A DNA stretch of 60,901 nt from Thermoplasmata archaeon (GTDB taxonomy: Archaea > Thermoplasmatota > Thermoplasmata > Thermoplasmatales > ARK-15). A program made the translations under genes and the position numbers. Positions 20,373-30,544 of this stretch are shown here, in pieces. Location of the stretch: the NCBI GenBank assembly GCA_039794005.1, contig JBAMMA010000012.1, positions 1 through 60,901 of the forward strand, in the 5' to 3' direction. Below the pieces are notes generated by a model. That model worked only from the letters and a program-made list of their open reading frames with translations, was not told the DNA's origin and did no database searches. The number at the start of each line of letters is the position of its first letter. Within the stretch, counting starts at the first letter, position 1.

Positions 20373-22044
20373 ATTAACAATAATAATTTTAATTACGTTA
20401 TTCATTTTTATTCCTTCGATATTGGAAATTATTTTTAAAAAATTGCCAGGGAATGATCCATTTGAATATGCAATTGGATCCTTAAAATTATTAAATAATT
20501 TTAGCAGTATTTATGCATATCCATATCCATTGATGGATATTTTTTATATTCCTGTTAATTTTTTTTCATCATATCAATCTTATATCTATGCTATTTTAAT
20601 GAATTCAATTTCATTCTCAATACTATTTTTTTCAATATATTTGTATTTCAGTAAAAAACCATTTTTAGAATCAATTACATTGGCATCTTTAATAACCTTT
20701 TCACCATTGTTTTTAAGTGAATTTAACTGGGGAGGACAGGCACAAATACTGTCCATATCCATGGTATTTTTCTCTCTATATTTCCTTGAGAGGAAAAACT
20801 ATATCTTTTTGTTTTTCATAGCTTTATCTATATTTTTAGAACCGTATTCATCGTTGTTTGGAATTTTATATATTTTATTTTTTAATATTTATAATAAATA
20901 TTATAAATTTTTATTATTTTATATAATAATCCTGATAGTCTCTTATTCATATTATTTAATTATTAAAGGTAGTCAATTAGTTATACCAACATATATAAAT
21001 AATCCTATTTTTATAAGCATACCGCCAATTTGGTGGCTTTACATTATTTTTTTAATTTTATTATATATATTATTTTTTAAAAAGGATAACATAATGAAAT
21101 CTATTTTTTCCATTATTTCTTTTTCCGCATACTTTTTTATAACACCATATTACGATTATCCAAGAATATTTTATTTTCTAATAATATCTTTGGTTTTTAT
21201 AATAGATATCGATTATATTGAAATTCAGAGATTCAAAAAGATTTTGATAATTTTAATTTTAATATTTTTGATAATATCCTATTCAAATTTTTCAATTTCA
21301 TTGATGAATAAAACTGGATTTGAGAAATATTATATAGTTGGCAATTACATTAAAGAAAATACATTAAAAAATGAATGCTTTTTAAATGTCAATGTCCAAA
21401 ATGGATGGTCATTAGAATTTTTTGCTGAAAGAGAGATGTTTTATGCATCATCAAATCTACAATTTCTGATATTTAAAAATCAGGTATATAATAGTTTAAT
21501 AGGTAAGATCATCTCATATTCTGAAATTTTCTATTACAATCAATCAAATGGAATATCAAATTATTTATTTATTAATAATATAAGTAATTTTTATATATTC
21601 AGGTACGACAGCAAAACAAATGATTTTTACCAGATCCTTTCATTTAATTATGAAACATACCATTTAAAATCAAATGAAAGATATATCAATTTTTCAACAA
21701 ATTCAAAATATAATTATATCGAGATTATGAATTATTCTAAAATTCAATTTATGAATAAAACTGTTTTGATTTATGATAAATATAATAAATTCTTTGAATT
21801 TAAAATATTTGAAAATTATACGATAGACAACAATTTTATATTATTGTCCAATAAAAATAATATATCAATTCCATTAATAAATAATAAAATAATATATGGT
21901 GATGACCTGTGCAAAGAATATAATATTAAATATATAGTGGTGGAAAATAAGAATCTATTCTATTATAGATTCTTTTATGATAATAACTTTACACTTGAAT
22001 ATTCTTTTGATAATATTTATATTTTCGAATTCAAAAACATTTAA
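20350..22044 (+). CDS. Multi-pass membrane protein, possible GT-C fold glycosyltransferase
   Basis: PGNDP in the first loop, WGG..Q, many TM helices, then a soluble Asn-rich C-terminal domain. Confidence 0.55.
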   Translation: MKMEKINKLTIIILITLFIFIPSILEIIFKKLPGNDPFEYAIGSLKLLNNFSSIYAYPYPLMDIFYIPVNFFSSYQSYIYAILMNSISFSILFFSIYLYFSKKPFLESITLASLITFSPLFLSEFNWGGQAQILSISMVFFSLYFLERKNYIFLFFIALSIFLEPYSSLFGILYILFFNIYNKYYKFLLFYIIILIVSYSYYLIIKGSQLVIPTYINNPIFISIPPIWWLYIIFLILLYILFFKKDNIMKSIFSIISFSAYFFITPYYDYPRIFYFLIISLVFIIDIDYIEIQRFKKILIILILIFLIISYSNFSISLMNKTGFEKYYIVGNYIKENTLKNECFLNVNVQNGWSLEFFAEREMFYASSNLQFLIFKNQVYNSLIGKIISYSEIFYYNQSNGISNYLFINNISNFYIFRYDSKTNDFYQILSFNYETYHLKSNERYINFSTNSKYNYIEIMNYSKIQFMNKTVLIYDKYNKFFEFKIFENYTIDNNFILLSNKNNISIPLINNKIIYGDDLCKEYNIKYIVVENKNLFYYRFFYDNNFTLEYSFDNIYIFEFKNI

Positions 22045-22055
22045 TTAACAGTATT

Positions 22056-22544
22056 ATGATATACAATAACATGGATGAATTAAAAAGGTTGTTAGAAATG
22101 GCATTAAGATCTGAGATCGATTCCAGGGATATTTATAAAAATTATGCTGAAAAAACTAAGAATGCATTATTGAAAGAAAAGTTTGAATTTCTGGCAAAGG
22201 AAGAAGAAAAGCATAGAGCAATGATTGAAAATCTCCTGAAAATAAAATATTCGAACGAACCAATTAAAATTCCTGATTCCACAGAGGTTCCATTACCAAG
22301 GATAAATGTTAAGGAAAATGATCCAATCTCCAAGCTATTAAGTCAGGCCATGGATGCGGAAATTGCAGCCAGTAAATTTTATGAACAAATATCATCAAAA
22401 TTCGACGACGAAAAGTCATACCTGATGAAATATCTTTCATCTGTAGAAATGTCCCATTACTACTTACTTCAAGCCGAAAGGGAAATTATACTCAGATTTG
22501 AAGACTACGATCAATATTTTGAAATGATGCATGTTGGACCATAA
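22056..22544 (+). CDS. Ferritin-like/rubrerythrin family protein
   Basis: A...E...Y, EEEKH, second A..AE....FY and E..H di-iron motifs. Confidence 0.88.
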   Translation: MIYNNMDELKRLLEMALRSEIDSRDIYKNYAEKTKNALLKEKFEFLAKEEEKHRAMIENLLKIKYSNEPIKIPDSTEVPLPRINVKENDPISKLLSQAMDAEIAASKFYEQISSKFDDEKSYLMKYLSSVEMSHYYLLQAEREIILRFEDYDQYFEMMHVGP

Positions 22545-23304
22545 AAAAATTATAAAAATTATTTTCTCAATATATGTTTTTCTTTTAATTTTTTATTTGA
22601 TATTCTTATTTTCATTGGTATACTCAATATCAATCTCCGAACTGAACGTTTATCCCGTAGGAAATATGTCAATTTCTGTTTTTCATGGCATATTCATGAA
22701 TCAAACATTCAAAATTATAAACAAGGGTATATATCCAATAGAAAATGTAACAATACATTATAAAATATTCCAAAATAATTCCTTGATTTTAGAAAATTAT
22801 TCAAAAATAAATAGGATTATTGGTGAATCATTTGAAAATATCTCTCTATACATATCCAGATACCATTACAATTTTATCAAAAATTTAATTTTAAATGGAA
22901 GTCAATTTTTGATAAATTTAGAAATTAAAGGGGTTTATGGATATTTAATATATTTCAAGGTGAATTTCACAAAACAATTTATTTTTCATGAAATAATGAA
23001 ATATAATATTTTGAACTACACAAAATATTTAAAAAATAACACAGTATATATTTCTATCCCTATAGAATTAACTTTTTATTATAATTTTAAATATAATTTT
23101 ACCGTATACTCAGAATTGATTTATCAGAACAAAACTCTATCATATTACAATACTTCCTCCATAATGAATAATTTTAATTTAATATATTTAAATTTTTCAA
23201 TACCAGAATATGAATTTTTAAATATAAATAATAAAAATATTAATTTATTTATTAGCATAGATATAAATGGAATTGTACTGAACATAGAGAGGTATGGTAT
23301 ATGA
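22531..23304 (+). CDS. Hypothetical membrane-anchored protein (N-terminal TM, Asn-rich beta domains)
   Basis: ORF overlapping its neighbours in an operon; many NxS/T sequons. Confidence 0.6.
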   Translation: MLDHKKIIKIIFSIYVFLLIFYLIFLFSLVYSISISELNVYPVGNMSISVFHGIFMNQTFKIINKGIYPIENVTIHYKIFQNNSLILENYSKINRIIGESFENISLYISRYHYNFIKNLILNGSQFLINLEIKGVYGYLIYFKVNFTKQFIFHEIMKYNILNYTKYLKNNTVYISIPIELTFYYNFKYNFTVYSELIYQNKTLSYYNTSSIMNNFNLIYLNFSIPEYEFLNINNKNINLFISIDINGIVLNIERYGI

Positions 23305-23675
23305 AGTTCATAATGCCTATAATATCATTTTTCCTATATTCCGTAATAATACCATTTTTATTTTTATTCACCAAAAACATTCCAATGTTATCATTTTACA
23401 TAAATTACTCATTCCTTGTAATAATTGGAATTCTCATATCAACTTTTTATTTTTTATATCTTAATTTCAAATCAATCAAGTTATACTTCTTTATTTTATA
23501 TTCTATTTTTCTATTTATATATTATTTTTACATATACCTAAATAGTTACTTCACAATTGATTTTTCAGGATATAAAATATATGTGGATTATTCCTCAATC
23601 ATTTTATTCTTGATGTTAATAATTATCATAAACATAGTAAGGAAAGGAGCCGAGATAGTATGGAAGATTCGGTGA
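23301..23675 (+). CDS. Hypothetical membrane protein
   Basis: About 4 TM helices; ATGA overlap with the upstream ORF, GAGG RBS. Confidence 0.65.
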   Translation: MKFIMPIISFFLYSVIIPFLFLFTKNIPMLSFYINYSFLVIIGILISTFYFLYLNFKSIKLYFFILYSIFLFIYYFYIYLNSYFTIDFSGYKIYVDYSSIILFLMLIIIINIVRKGAEIVWKIR

Positions 23676-24628
23676 TTGATGTTGATGATCTCTACGTATC
23701 ATATGATGGAAAAAATTATGCCGTGAGTGGAATATCATTCAAGGTATTCAAGGGGGAAATATTTGGTTTCTTAGGTCCAAATGGTGCAGGAAAAACAACT
23801 ACTATAAGAACATTGACAACAGTATTAAGGCCAACATCTGGAAAAGTTAGAATATTTTCATTGGACATATTGAAAGAACCACTAAAGATAAAATCCAAAA
23901 TTGGCGTAATCCTTCAATCCTCAAGTTTAGAATTATCCCTGAATGTAGAACAGAATTTATACTTATATGGTTTTTTGTGGAATAAAAAAAGAAATGAAAT
24001 AAGGGATAAAGTTGAAGAATTAATTGAAAAGTTTGGTTTGGAAGAATACAGGAAAATGCCAGCTTCTGAATTATCCTTAGGTAACAGAAGAAAGTTGCAA
24101 ATTGCAAGGGAATTGATACACGATTTTGAAATTTTATTTGTTGATGAGCCTACAACAGGCCTCGATCCCGTAATAAGAAAAAAGGTACTGGATTATTTTC
24201 TGGAATTGAAAAAATCAGGAAAAACTATATTTTTCACGACGCATCAGTTGGAGGATGCAGAATATTTATGTGATAGGATATCAATTATAAACAGGGGTAA
24301 AATCGTAATAAATGAAAGGAAGGAATTGTTGAAAGCAAAGTATAAAAATAGAAGAAAGGTAGAAATACTATTTTCAAAGGAAAATGAAAATATATTAAAT
24401 TATTTAAAAGGATTCGATTTTGTTGAAAATGTTAAAACATCAATGGGTAATAATGGATTTTATGAAATTATAACAAATGACCCAACAAAGTTCATGAATA
24501 TAGTTAATTCACTTTTAAAGGAGGGTAATGAATTATCATGGCTAAACATTCAAGACGTTACACTGGAGGATATCTATCTGGATATATTTGGTGATAAAAA
24601 TGATAAGATCAATCAGGATAGCATATAG
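23660..24628 (+). CDS. ABC transporter ATP-binding protein (DrrA-like exporter)
   Basis: GPNGAGKTT, LSLG, VDEPTTGLD, TTH. Confidence 0.93.
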   Translation: MEDSVIDVDDLYVSYDGKNYAVSGISFKVFKGEIFGFLGPNGAGKTTTIRTLTTVLRPTSGKVRIFSLDILKEPLKIKSKIGVILQSSSLELSLNVEQNLYLYGFLWNKKRNEIRDKVEELIEKFGLEEYRKMPASELSLGNRRKLQIARELIHDFEILFVDEPTTGLDPVIRKKVLDYFLELKKSGKTIFFTTHQLEDAEYLCDRISIINRGKIVINERKELLKAKYKNRRKVEILFSKENENILNYLKGFDFVENVKTSMGNNGFYEIITNDPTKFMNIVNSLLKEGNELSWLNIQDVTLEDIYLDIFGDKNDKINQDSI

Positions 24629-25373
24629 AATTCTGAGAGCCGTAACTGACGTTAATACATTGGGATTTCTATTAATAATGCCAATTTTATATTTAATTAT
24701 AATGGCAATAATGATGGGATCATTCATAGGTAAATTTGAATATCATAATATAAAGACAACATACATCACGTTTTTGACCCCCGGCATCATGTCTATTCAG
24801 GTTTTAACTGGAGGAAATGTGGCTGGATGGTCGCTCTGGATGGACAAAAGAACTGGCATGCTGGAGCAAATATTTTCAATGCCATATAGAAGGAGTGATT
24901 ATTTGATCGGTATTGTTATTGCAATGACCTTCGTTTCTATACTTTCATCTTTGATTATGTTAATCTTTGCATATCCATTCATTAATATCATATTGACTCC
25001 TCTGGATTTCCTCTTTATCATAATATTCTTATTTCTTGGAACACTGTTTTTTGGAATGTTGAATCTCACAATTGGAATTATAGTAAAATCAAATCAATTT
25101 ATGAACCTCGTCAGTAATATTTTATATATGATATTAACATTCGCCTCATCAGTATTCTACCCAATCTCCGGAAATTTACCAAAGATTTTGATTTATATAT
25201 CTTATACAAATCCTCTGACATATGTATCAAACAGTGTCAGGGATTTATTCTACAATATCTTAAATTCAGATGATATCTATTCCTTATTCATTTTATCCAT
25301 TCTTTCTTTATTGATGACCATATTCACAGTATTCATATATAGAAAAATAAAATTCGTAAATATTTATTATTAA
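24600..25373 (+). CDS. ABC-2 type permease
   Basis: YITFLTPGI, FYP, NPLTY motifs; GGTGA RBS before ATG 24600. Confidence 0.88.
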   Translation: MIRSIRIAYRILRAVTDVNTLGFLLIMPILYLIIMAIMMGSFIGKFEYHNIKTTYITFLTPGIMSIQVLTGGNVAGWSLWMDKRTGMLEQIFSMPYRRSDYLIGIVIAMTFVSILSSLIMLIFAYPFINIILTPLDFLFIIIFLFLGTLFFGMLNLTIGIIVKSNQFMNLVSNILYMILTFASSVFYPISGNLPKILIYISYTNPLTYVSNSVRDLFYNILNSDDIYSLFILSILSLLMTIFTVFIYRKIKFVNIYY

Positions 25374-27808
25374 ACCACTCTGCTTTCATTATTTTCCTTT
25401 TCAACTCTAATAATTTTGTCTGCAATAGATTCTAGCTCCCTCTCATGTGTTACTATAATGATTTGATTCAAACCCATACTATCTAAAATATCGGAAAATT
25501 TGTTTATCTGATCTCTGCTGAACCCTTCTGTCGGTTCATCCAGAATGATCAATCCATCCTTCAATGAATTTATGGATTCCCTTAAAATGTCGTTTAAGGC
25601 AAGTCTATACGCGAGTGAAATCGAAGATCTTTCTCCCCCACTTAAGGATGATACATCTATATCGTAAGTATCCTGCATAATGTTAGGAGAAAAATTTTCA
25701 TCTATTTCAATACTTTTTGTTGGATCACTTATGAGTGCTGAAAAATATTTTTGTATTCTTTCATTCATGGTTCTTCTAATTTTTTCCATTATTATCTCTT
25801 CAATATTTTCTATTGATGGAATGTAAAATTCTTCAAACCAATAATTTACCTTTTTTAAATAATTGATTTTTTCATTTATCTTTACCTTTTCATTATATTC
25901 ATCGATTCTATTATTCAATTCCCTATTTTTTGATTCAATTATTCCTCTTATTTTACCAATTTCCATCACGTTTTTATTATATTCATCCTTCCAACCTTTT
26001 AATTCTTTTTTTAAAGAGATTATTTTATTTTTAATATCTTCATTTTCCTTTGTCAAGTTTTCATAGCCAATGATCCCGTTTTTCATCTTCTCTATTTTTT
26101 CATTTAATTCATCAATGTACCTATATTTTTCATCTAAAATAGATTTATATTTTTCAATCTCATTTTTTATTTCTATATTTTTATTATATTTCTCCATTAA
26201 ATTTTCCATTTCCTCTTTTTTAATCTTTAGTTTTTCCCTCTCTTTATTGAAATTATCCAATTCATCCATTAAATTCTGATAACCCTCTGTTTCACCCTTC
26301 AAAATGTTTCTTTTATTTTCAATATTTTTTATTTTATCCCTTATATCCCTTATTTTTTCTTCAATATTATCTTTATCTTTAATCTTATTTTCCAGCCTTT
26401 TAAATTCTCTTTTAATGTTATTCATCCTATTTATGCTATTCTTTTTATCTTCCATCAATTTTTCTATCTTGTCTATTTCAAGATTTTCAATTTCTATTTT
26501 TTTAATGTATATATCCTCTTCCCCAATTATGGTCCTTCCGCATGTTGGACAATATCCATTTTTTATTATAATTTCATAATTTTTCCTTTTTGTTTCATGT
26601 ATGGATTTTTCTCTTATTAGTTCCTTTATTTCATTTTCCAGTTTTTCTATTTCATTATCTATTTCCATTTCACTTTCTATTTTTCTATTCAGATCTCTCT
26701 CGATCCTGCTCTTTATTTCATTTATTTCCTCCTCCAAATTTTTATATATTTTCTCATATTCATTCAAATCATCTTTTAAATTTTCTATAAACTCACTCTG
26801 TTCATTTATTTTACCTATTTTCTCCCTCATCACATTGATGTTTTTGTTATATTTTTCTATTGATATCTCGATATTCTCCAGTTTATTCTTTATCTCCTTA
26901 TACAAATTATCATCGGGCTTCTTAATGTCTTTAAGATTATTTTCCAGGCTTTTTAATTTTCTATTCAATTCATCTATTTCATTTTCAATCCTATTTTTTT
27001 GATTCAAACTCTCATCAATTAAACTTTTAATTTCCTTCATTTTTAACAATCTTTCAGAAGTTTCATTATATTTTTCTTCCAGATTTTCAATTTCCTTTTC
27101 AAATTCTTCAATTTTATTCTTTATCTTTTCATTTTCCTCCTCCATTTCATGTTTTTGTTCATGTAAATTCTCCAACTCAATTTTTAAATTATCAATTATA
27201 ATCTTTAAATTATCAATATCTTTAATTTCCGCCTCCAATATCTTTACTTTGTTTTCCAACTCTTTTATGATCATATCCGCATTTTGTTTTATTATTCTAT
27301 AGTTATCTATTCCAGTAGCCCTCCTTATTGTATTTAATCTTATCTCACCATTTTCATCAATGATTTTTCTCATCTCCTCCTGCGGTATATAGATGGCATA
27401 TCTAAAAATAACAGATTTCGCCCTTGGCCCTTCAAATTCTTTAAGACCCAAAATTTTTAATATTTCCATCTTAGCTTCTTCAGCAGAATATTTCACTTCA
27501 TAATCCCCATAATCTAGAGTTATATCCTGAGAGAATCTTTCTTTTTCTTTTTTTATTATTCTTTTTATGGAATATTTTTTGTTGTTAGCGATAAAATACA
27601 ACTTAACGCTCCCTTTTTTTTCTCCAACTCTCAAGAGTTTATCTGGCTGAATATTTGAAAATCCGAAGAGTGCAAAGTCAATTGCCATTAATATTGAAGA
27701 TTTTCCCGCCCCTATATCACCAAATAAAAGATTTTTACCCCTTGAAAATTCTATTGTAGTATTTTTATAACTTCTTATATTGTTAATCTCTATTTTTTCA
27801 ATCATCAT
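25370..27808 (-). CDS. rad50: DNA double-strand break repair ATPase Rad50
   Basis: GDIGAGKSS, coiled coil with CPTC zinc hook, LSGGE, LDEPT. Confidence 0.93.
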   Translation of the reverse strand: MMIEKIEINNIRSYKNTTIEFSRGKNLLFGDIGAGKSSILMAIDFALFGFSNIQPDKLLRVGEKKGSVKLYFIANNKKYSIKRIIKKEKERFSQDITLDYGDYEVKYSAEEAKMEILKILGLKEFEGPRAKSVIFRYAIYIPQEEMRKIIDENGEIRLNTIRRATGIDNYRIIKQNADMIIKELENKVKILEAEIKDIDNLKIIIDNLKIELENLHEQKHEMEEENEKIKNKIEEFEKEIENLEEKYNETSERLLKMKEIKSLIDESLNQKNRIENEIDELNRKLKSLENNLKDIKKPDDNLYKEIKNKLENIEISIEKYNKNINVMREKIGKINEQSEFIENLKDDLNEYEKIYKNLEEEINEIKSRIERDLNRKIESEMEIDNEIEKLENEIKELIREKSIHETKRKNYEIIIKNGYCPTCGRTIIGEEDIYIKKIEIENLEIDKIEKLMEDKKNSINRMNNIKREFKRLENKIKDKDNIEEKIRDIRDKIKNIENKRNILKGETEGYQNLMDELDNFNKEREKLKIKKEEMENLMEKYNKNIEIKNEIEKYKSILDEKYRYIDELNEKIEKMKNGIIGYENLTKENEDIKNKIISLKKELKGWKDEYNKNVMEIGKIRGIIESKNRELNNRIDEYNEKVKINEKINYLKKVNYWFEEFYIPSIENIEEIIMEKIRRTMNERIQKYFSALISDPTKSIEIDENFSPNIMQDTYDIDVSSLSGGERSSISLAYRLALNDILRESINSLKDGLIILDEPTEGFSRDQINKFSDILDSMGLNQIIIVTHERELESIADKIIRVEKENNESRVV

Positions 27809-29036
27809 AGTTTATCCCCAATCTTTTAAATGTTTCTTTTTTGATTTTATTAATATAATCGATGTTTGATTCATTTTCACCCTGTTCGATTGAAAGTATA
27901 TTTATTAAATCCATTGCCAAGGAAATACCGCTTATACCATCCAAATTATTTTCATTGAATTTTAATTTATTTATGTTTTCACCAAACACTTTTTTATGTA
28001 TTTCTTCCCTTGAAAGTTCATTTTCAAAATATTTTTCAACCTTTCTAATACTGACGTTGAAAGAGATTCGAACATCAATGGCTCCGGCGTTTAATATCTT
28101 ATCTTTTATTCTCATCTTGTTTATATCAGTAGTTCTTCCAGAATTTAATTCTCCATTTATTTTTAAAAGTACAATTTTATTATTAACGTCATATTCTTCA
28201 ATTTTCTCCATAATCTCTTTGAATGCCGTTAAAGAGTCTTTGTTATTTACATCAATATCAATTAACAACGGTACATATTTTTCATTTTTTATAAATTCAT
28301 AATTTTTCACATCCTCTTCGAATTCAACGATAAAGAATCCCCTCTCTTCTCCATTTGCGTAATTTTCAAGATCTGTAAAATCTGCGCCAAAGATTGGTCC
28401 GGGATAGAAAAATTTCATTCCATCTATATTTTTAACGATTTTTCTGTGAATATGACCCCCGGCGTAATAGTTCATGTTTTTTGGAAATAGGCTCACTGGA
28501 ATATCCTTTCCAAAATATTTTGTATCAACTGCTATTTCGGTTACTGCGGAATGAAATAAGAATATTTTAAATGAATCGTAATTATCGTATCCTCCGAGAT
28601 ATTTAAAATAATCCTCCTCCAATCCTAGCTTTCTGGCTGAAATACCATAAATTGCCACATTCGTTTTTTCATCTATGGTCGGTTTTAATATCAATTTATC
28701 GTTTTCATATTTAAACTTAAACACGTTTTCAAAGAGACCTGCGGATTCCAGTAGATCAAATATTGATGAATTGTTTATTGAATAATCATGGCTTCCAGGT
28801 ATTGCATATATATTTATTCCATTATCCTTGATCTCTTTCATTTTACTTATTCCCTTTCTTATTGAAGATATGTCAGGTAATGTGTTTTCAAACAAATCTC
28901 CGCTTATTATTATAAAATCAACATTTCTGTTCAAAGCTATGTCGAGTGAATCAATAAAAGATTGAATATTTACCTCTCTCAACTTTCCAGTCATTGCTCC
29001 TAGGTGTACATCGGATATATGTGCAAATTTAAACAT
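27798..29036 (-). CDS. mre11: DNA double-strand break repair nuclease Mre11
   Basis: HISDVHLG, GDLF, GSHD, GGHIH; start set at ATG 29036 with GGTGG RBS. Confidence 0.93.
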   Translation of the reverse strand: MFKFAHISDVHLGAMTGKLREVNIQSFIDSLDIALNRNVDFIIISGDLFENTLPDISSIRKGISKMKEIKDNGINIYAIPGSHDYSINNSSIFDLLESAGLFENVFKFKYENDKLILKPTIDEKTNVAIYGISARKLGLEEDYFKYLGGYDNYDSFKIFLFHSAVTEIAVDTKYFGKDIPVSLFPKNMNYYAGGHIHRKIVKNIDGMKFFYPGPIFGADFTDLENYANGEERGFFIVEFEEDVKNYEFIKNEKYVPLLIDIDVNNKDSLTAFKEIMEKIEEYDVNNKIVLLKINGELNSGRTTDINKMRIKDKILNAGAIDVRISFNVSIRKVEKYFENELSREEIHKKVFGENINKLKFNENNLDGISGISLAMDLINILSIEQGENESNIDYINKIKKETFKRLGINYDD

Positions 29037-30540
29037 TTTTACCACCGAATATTTTAATTCTTTTTCTTTCATTATCAAATTCCTCAATTTTTGGGAAATA
29101 TACAGGAATTGGAAAATCAAAGAATATTGAGGAAATTATCGCTTCTCCCTTCCCCAAACTTCTTATTATGGATTTTTCCATCTCCAAGTAACTGGGAACG
29201 CTTTCAAAGAGCTTATTGATTTCAACAGAATTTTCAAGTCCCATGATTATGAATGTATTCATATTTGTCAAGATATCCGTTCTTATTGGGCTTATTAGCT
29301 GTGAAATGGCTATTAATCCTATATTAAATTTCCTTCCCTCTCTAGCAATTTTCATGAATATATTTTCATAACCGTCCTCCTTTTTCGACAAAACTCCCCT
29401 GGCCTCTTCCAAAACAAATACAACGTTATTCATATCCTCCATCTTATTTTTAAGATGTAAATGCTTGTTGTATATTCTATTTGCAACCATACTCTCAAGA
29501 AGCAATGCCTGCATGTCATCAAGATTTGAAGAGTCCAATATTACAACTTTACCATCTTCCAATTCCTCTTCCATAATATCTATGGAATCTTTTCCTTTTT
29601 TATCTTTTATAAAAATATTGTCCTTATACAATTTAAAGCCGTCAGATAAGTCTGCGTTAAATAAAGATTCAAATTTTCTCCTTATCGATGCTTCACTCGA
29701 ATAATTCCTGCTTTTGTTATATTTTTCATCAAAAATCAATTCCAACCAAATTTTATTTGTTTTATTATTTTTAATTTTTTTATAAGCATTTTCAATAGTT
29801 TGAATTTGTTTTTCGTTGAAATAACCGGTATTTTCCAAATCCTCTGGTTTAATCTTGTTTATATTTATTTCAATTTTTTTCGCGCCCCTTATTTTTCTAT
29901 TGCTATAATATGAAACGTTTTCATTATTCTTAAAGATTTCATGATATTCATTGTGAGGATCTATAGTAAATATTCCTATATTTGAATTTGAATCCAAAAG
30001 ACTTTTTATCATCACCTTAGTTGCATTACTTTTTCCTCTTCCTGTACTTGCAACTATAAAAATATGATGCGTTAAAATATACTTTGGATCCCCTTTAACT
30101 TTGAAATTTTTAATGTATTCATCCCCATTTCTTATATAACCCAAAAATAGATCTCCTTTAGTCAATTTCATTTTTTCCAAATCATTTTCATCTATTTTCC
30201 TAATTTTAGAAAACTGTCCGGGAATTACCTTTACCCTTTTTGGATTATCACCTGAAATATCTATTAAAGGTATTGCAATAACTTTTTTGTAAATTCTCTC
30301 CATACCATAAATTGCATCGTCGACAACATAATTATCGTAATTCAATACATTGCCTGAGATTATCTCACTTCCAAGATCTCCAGTAAGACCTTGATATTGT
30401 ATATCAACCACTTTGTACACAATTTTATATTTCCTATCTTCTACAACTATCAATTCTCCCAATTTTAAATCTACATCTGGCTTCAGCCTTATTTTTATAT
30501 TTTCAGTATTTCCATCATATACCACCCCGATGTTTTCCAT
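29029..30540 (-). CDS. herA: HerA DNA translocase/helicase
   Basis: HAS-barrel-like N terminus, ASTGRGKS, IDPHNEY, EEA, REGRKF, SQ. Confidence 0.9.
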   Translation of the reverse strand: MENIGVVYDGNTENIKIRLKPDVDLKLGELIVVEDRKYKIVYKVVDIQYQGLTGDLGSEIISGNVLNYDNYVVDDAIYGMERIYKKVIAIPLIDISGDNPKRVKVIPGQFSKIRKIDENDLEKMKLTKGDLFLGYIRNGDEYIKNFKVKGDPKYILTHHIFIVASTGRGKSNATKVMIKSLLDSNSNIGIFTIDPHNEYHEIFKNNENVSYYSNRKIRGAKKIEININKIKPEDLENTGYFNEKQIQTIENAYKKIKNNKTNKIWLELIFDEKYNKSRNYSSEASIRRKFESLFNADLSDGFKLYKDNIFIKDKKGKDSIDIMEEELEDGKVVILDSSNLDDMQALLLESMVANRIYNKHLHLKNKMEDMNNVVFVLEEARGVLSKKEDGYENIFMKIAREGRKFNIGLIAISQLISPIRTDILTNMNTFIIMGLENSVEINKLFESVPSYLEMEKSIIRSLGKGEAIISSIFFDFPIPVYFPKIEEFDNERKRIKIFGGKNV

Positions 30541-30544
30541 AATT

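Noticed and set aside
25863-27002. Many short F/S/I/L-rich plus-strand ORFs here and opposite other genes (e.g. 8913-9311, 47970-48635, 55184-55459)
   Set aside because: Antisense shadows of K/E/N-rich coding sequence, with no motifs or RBS
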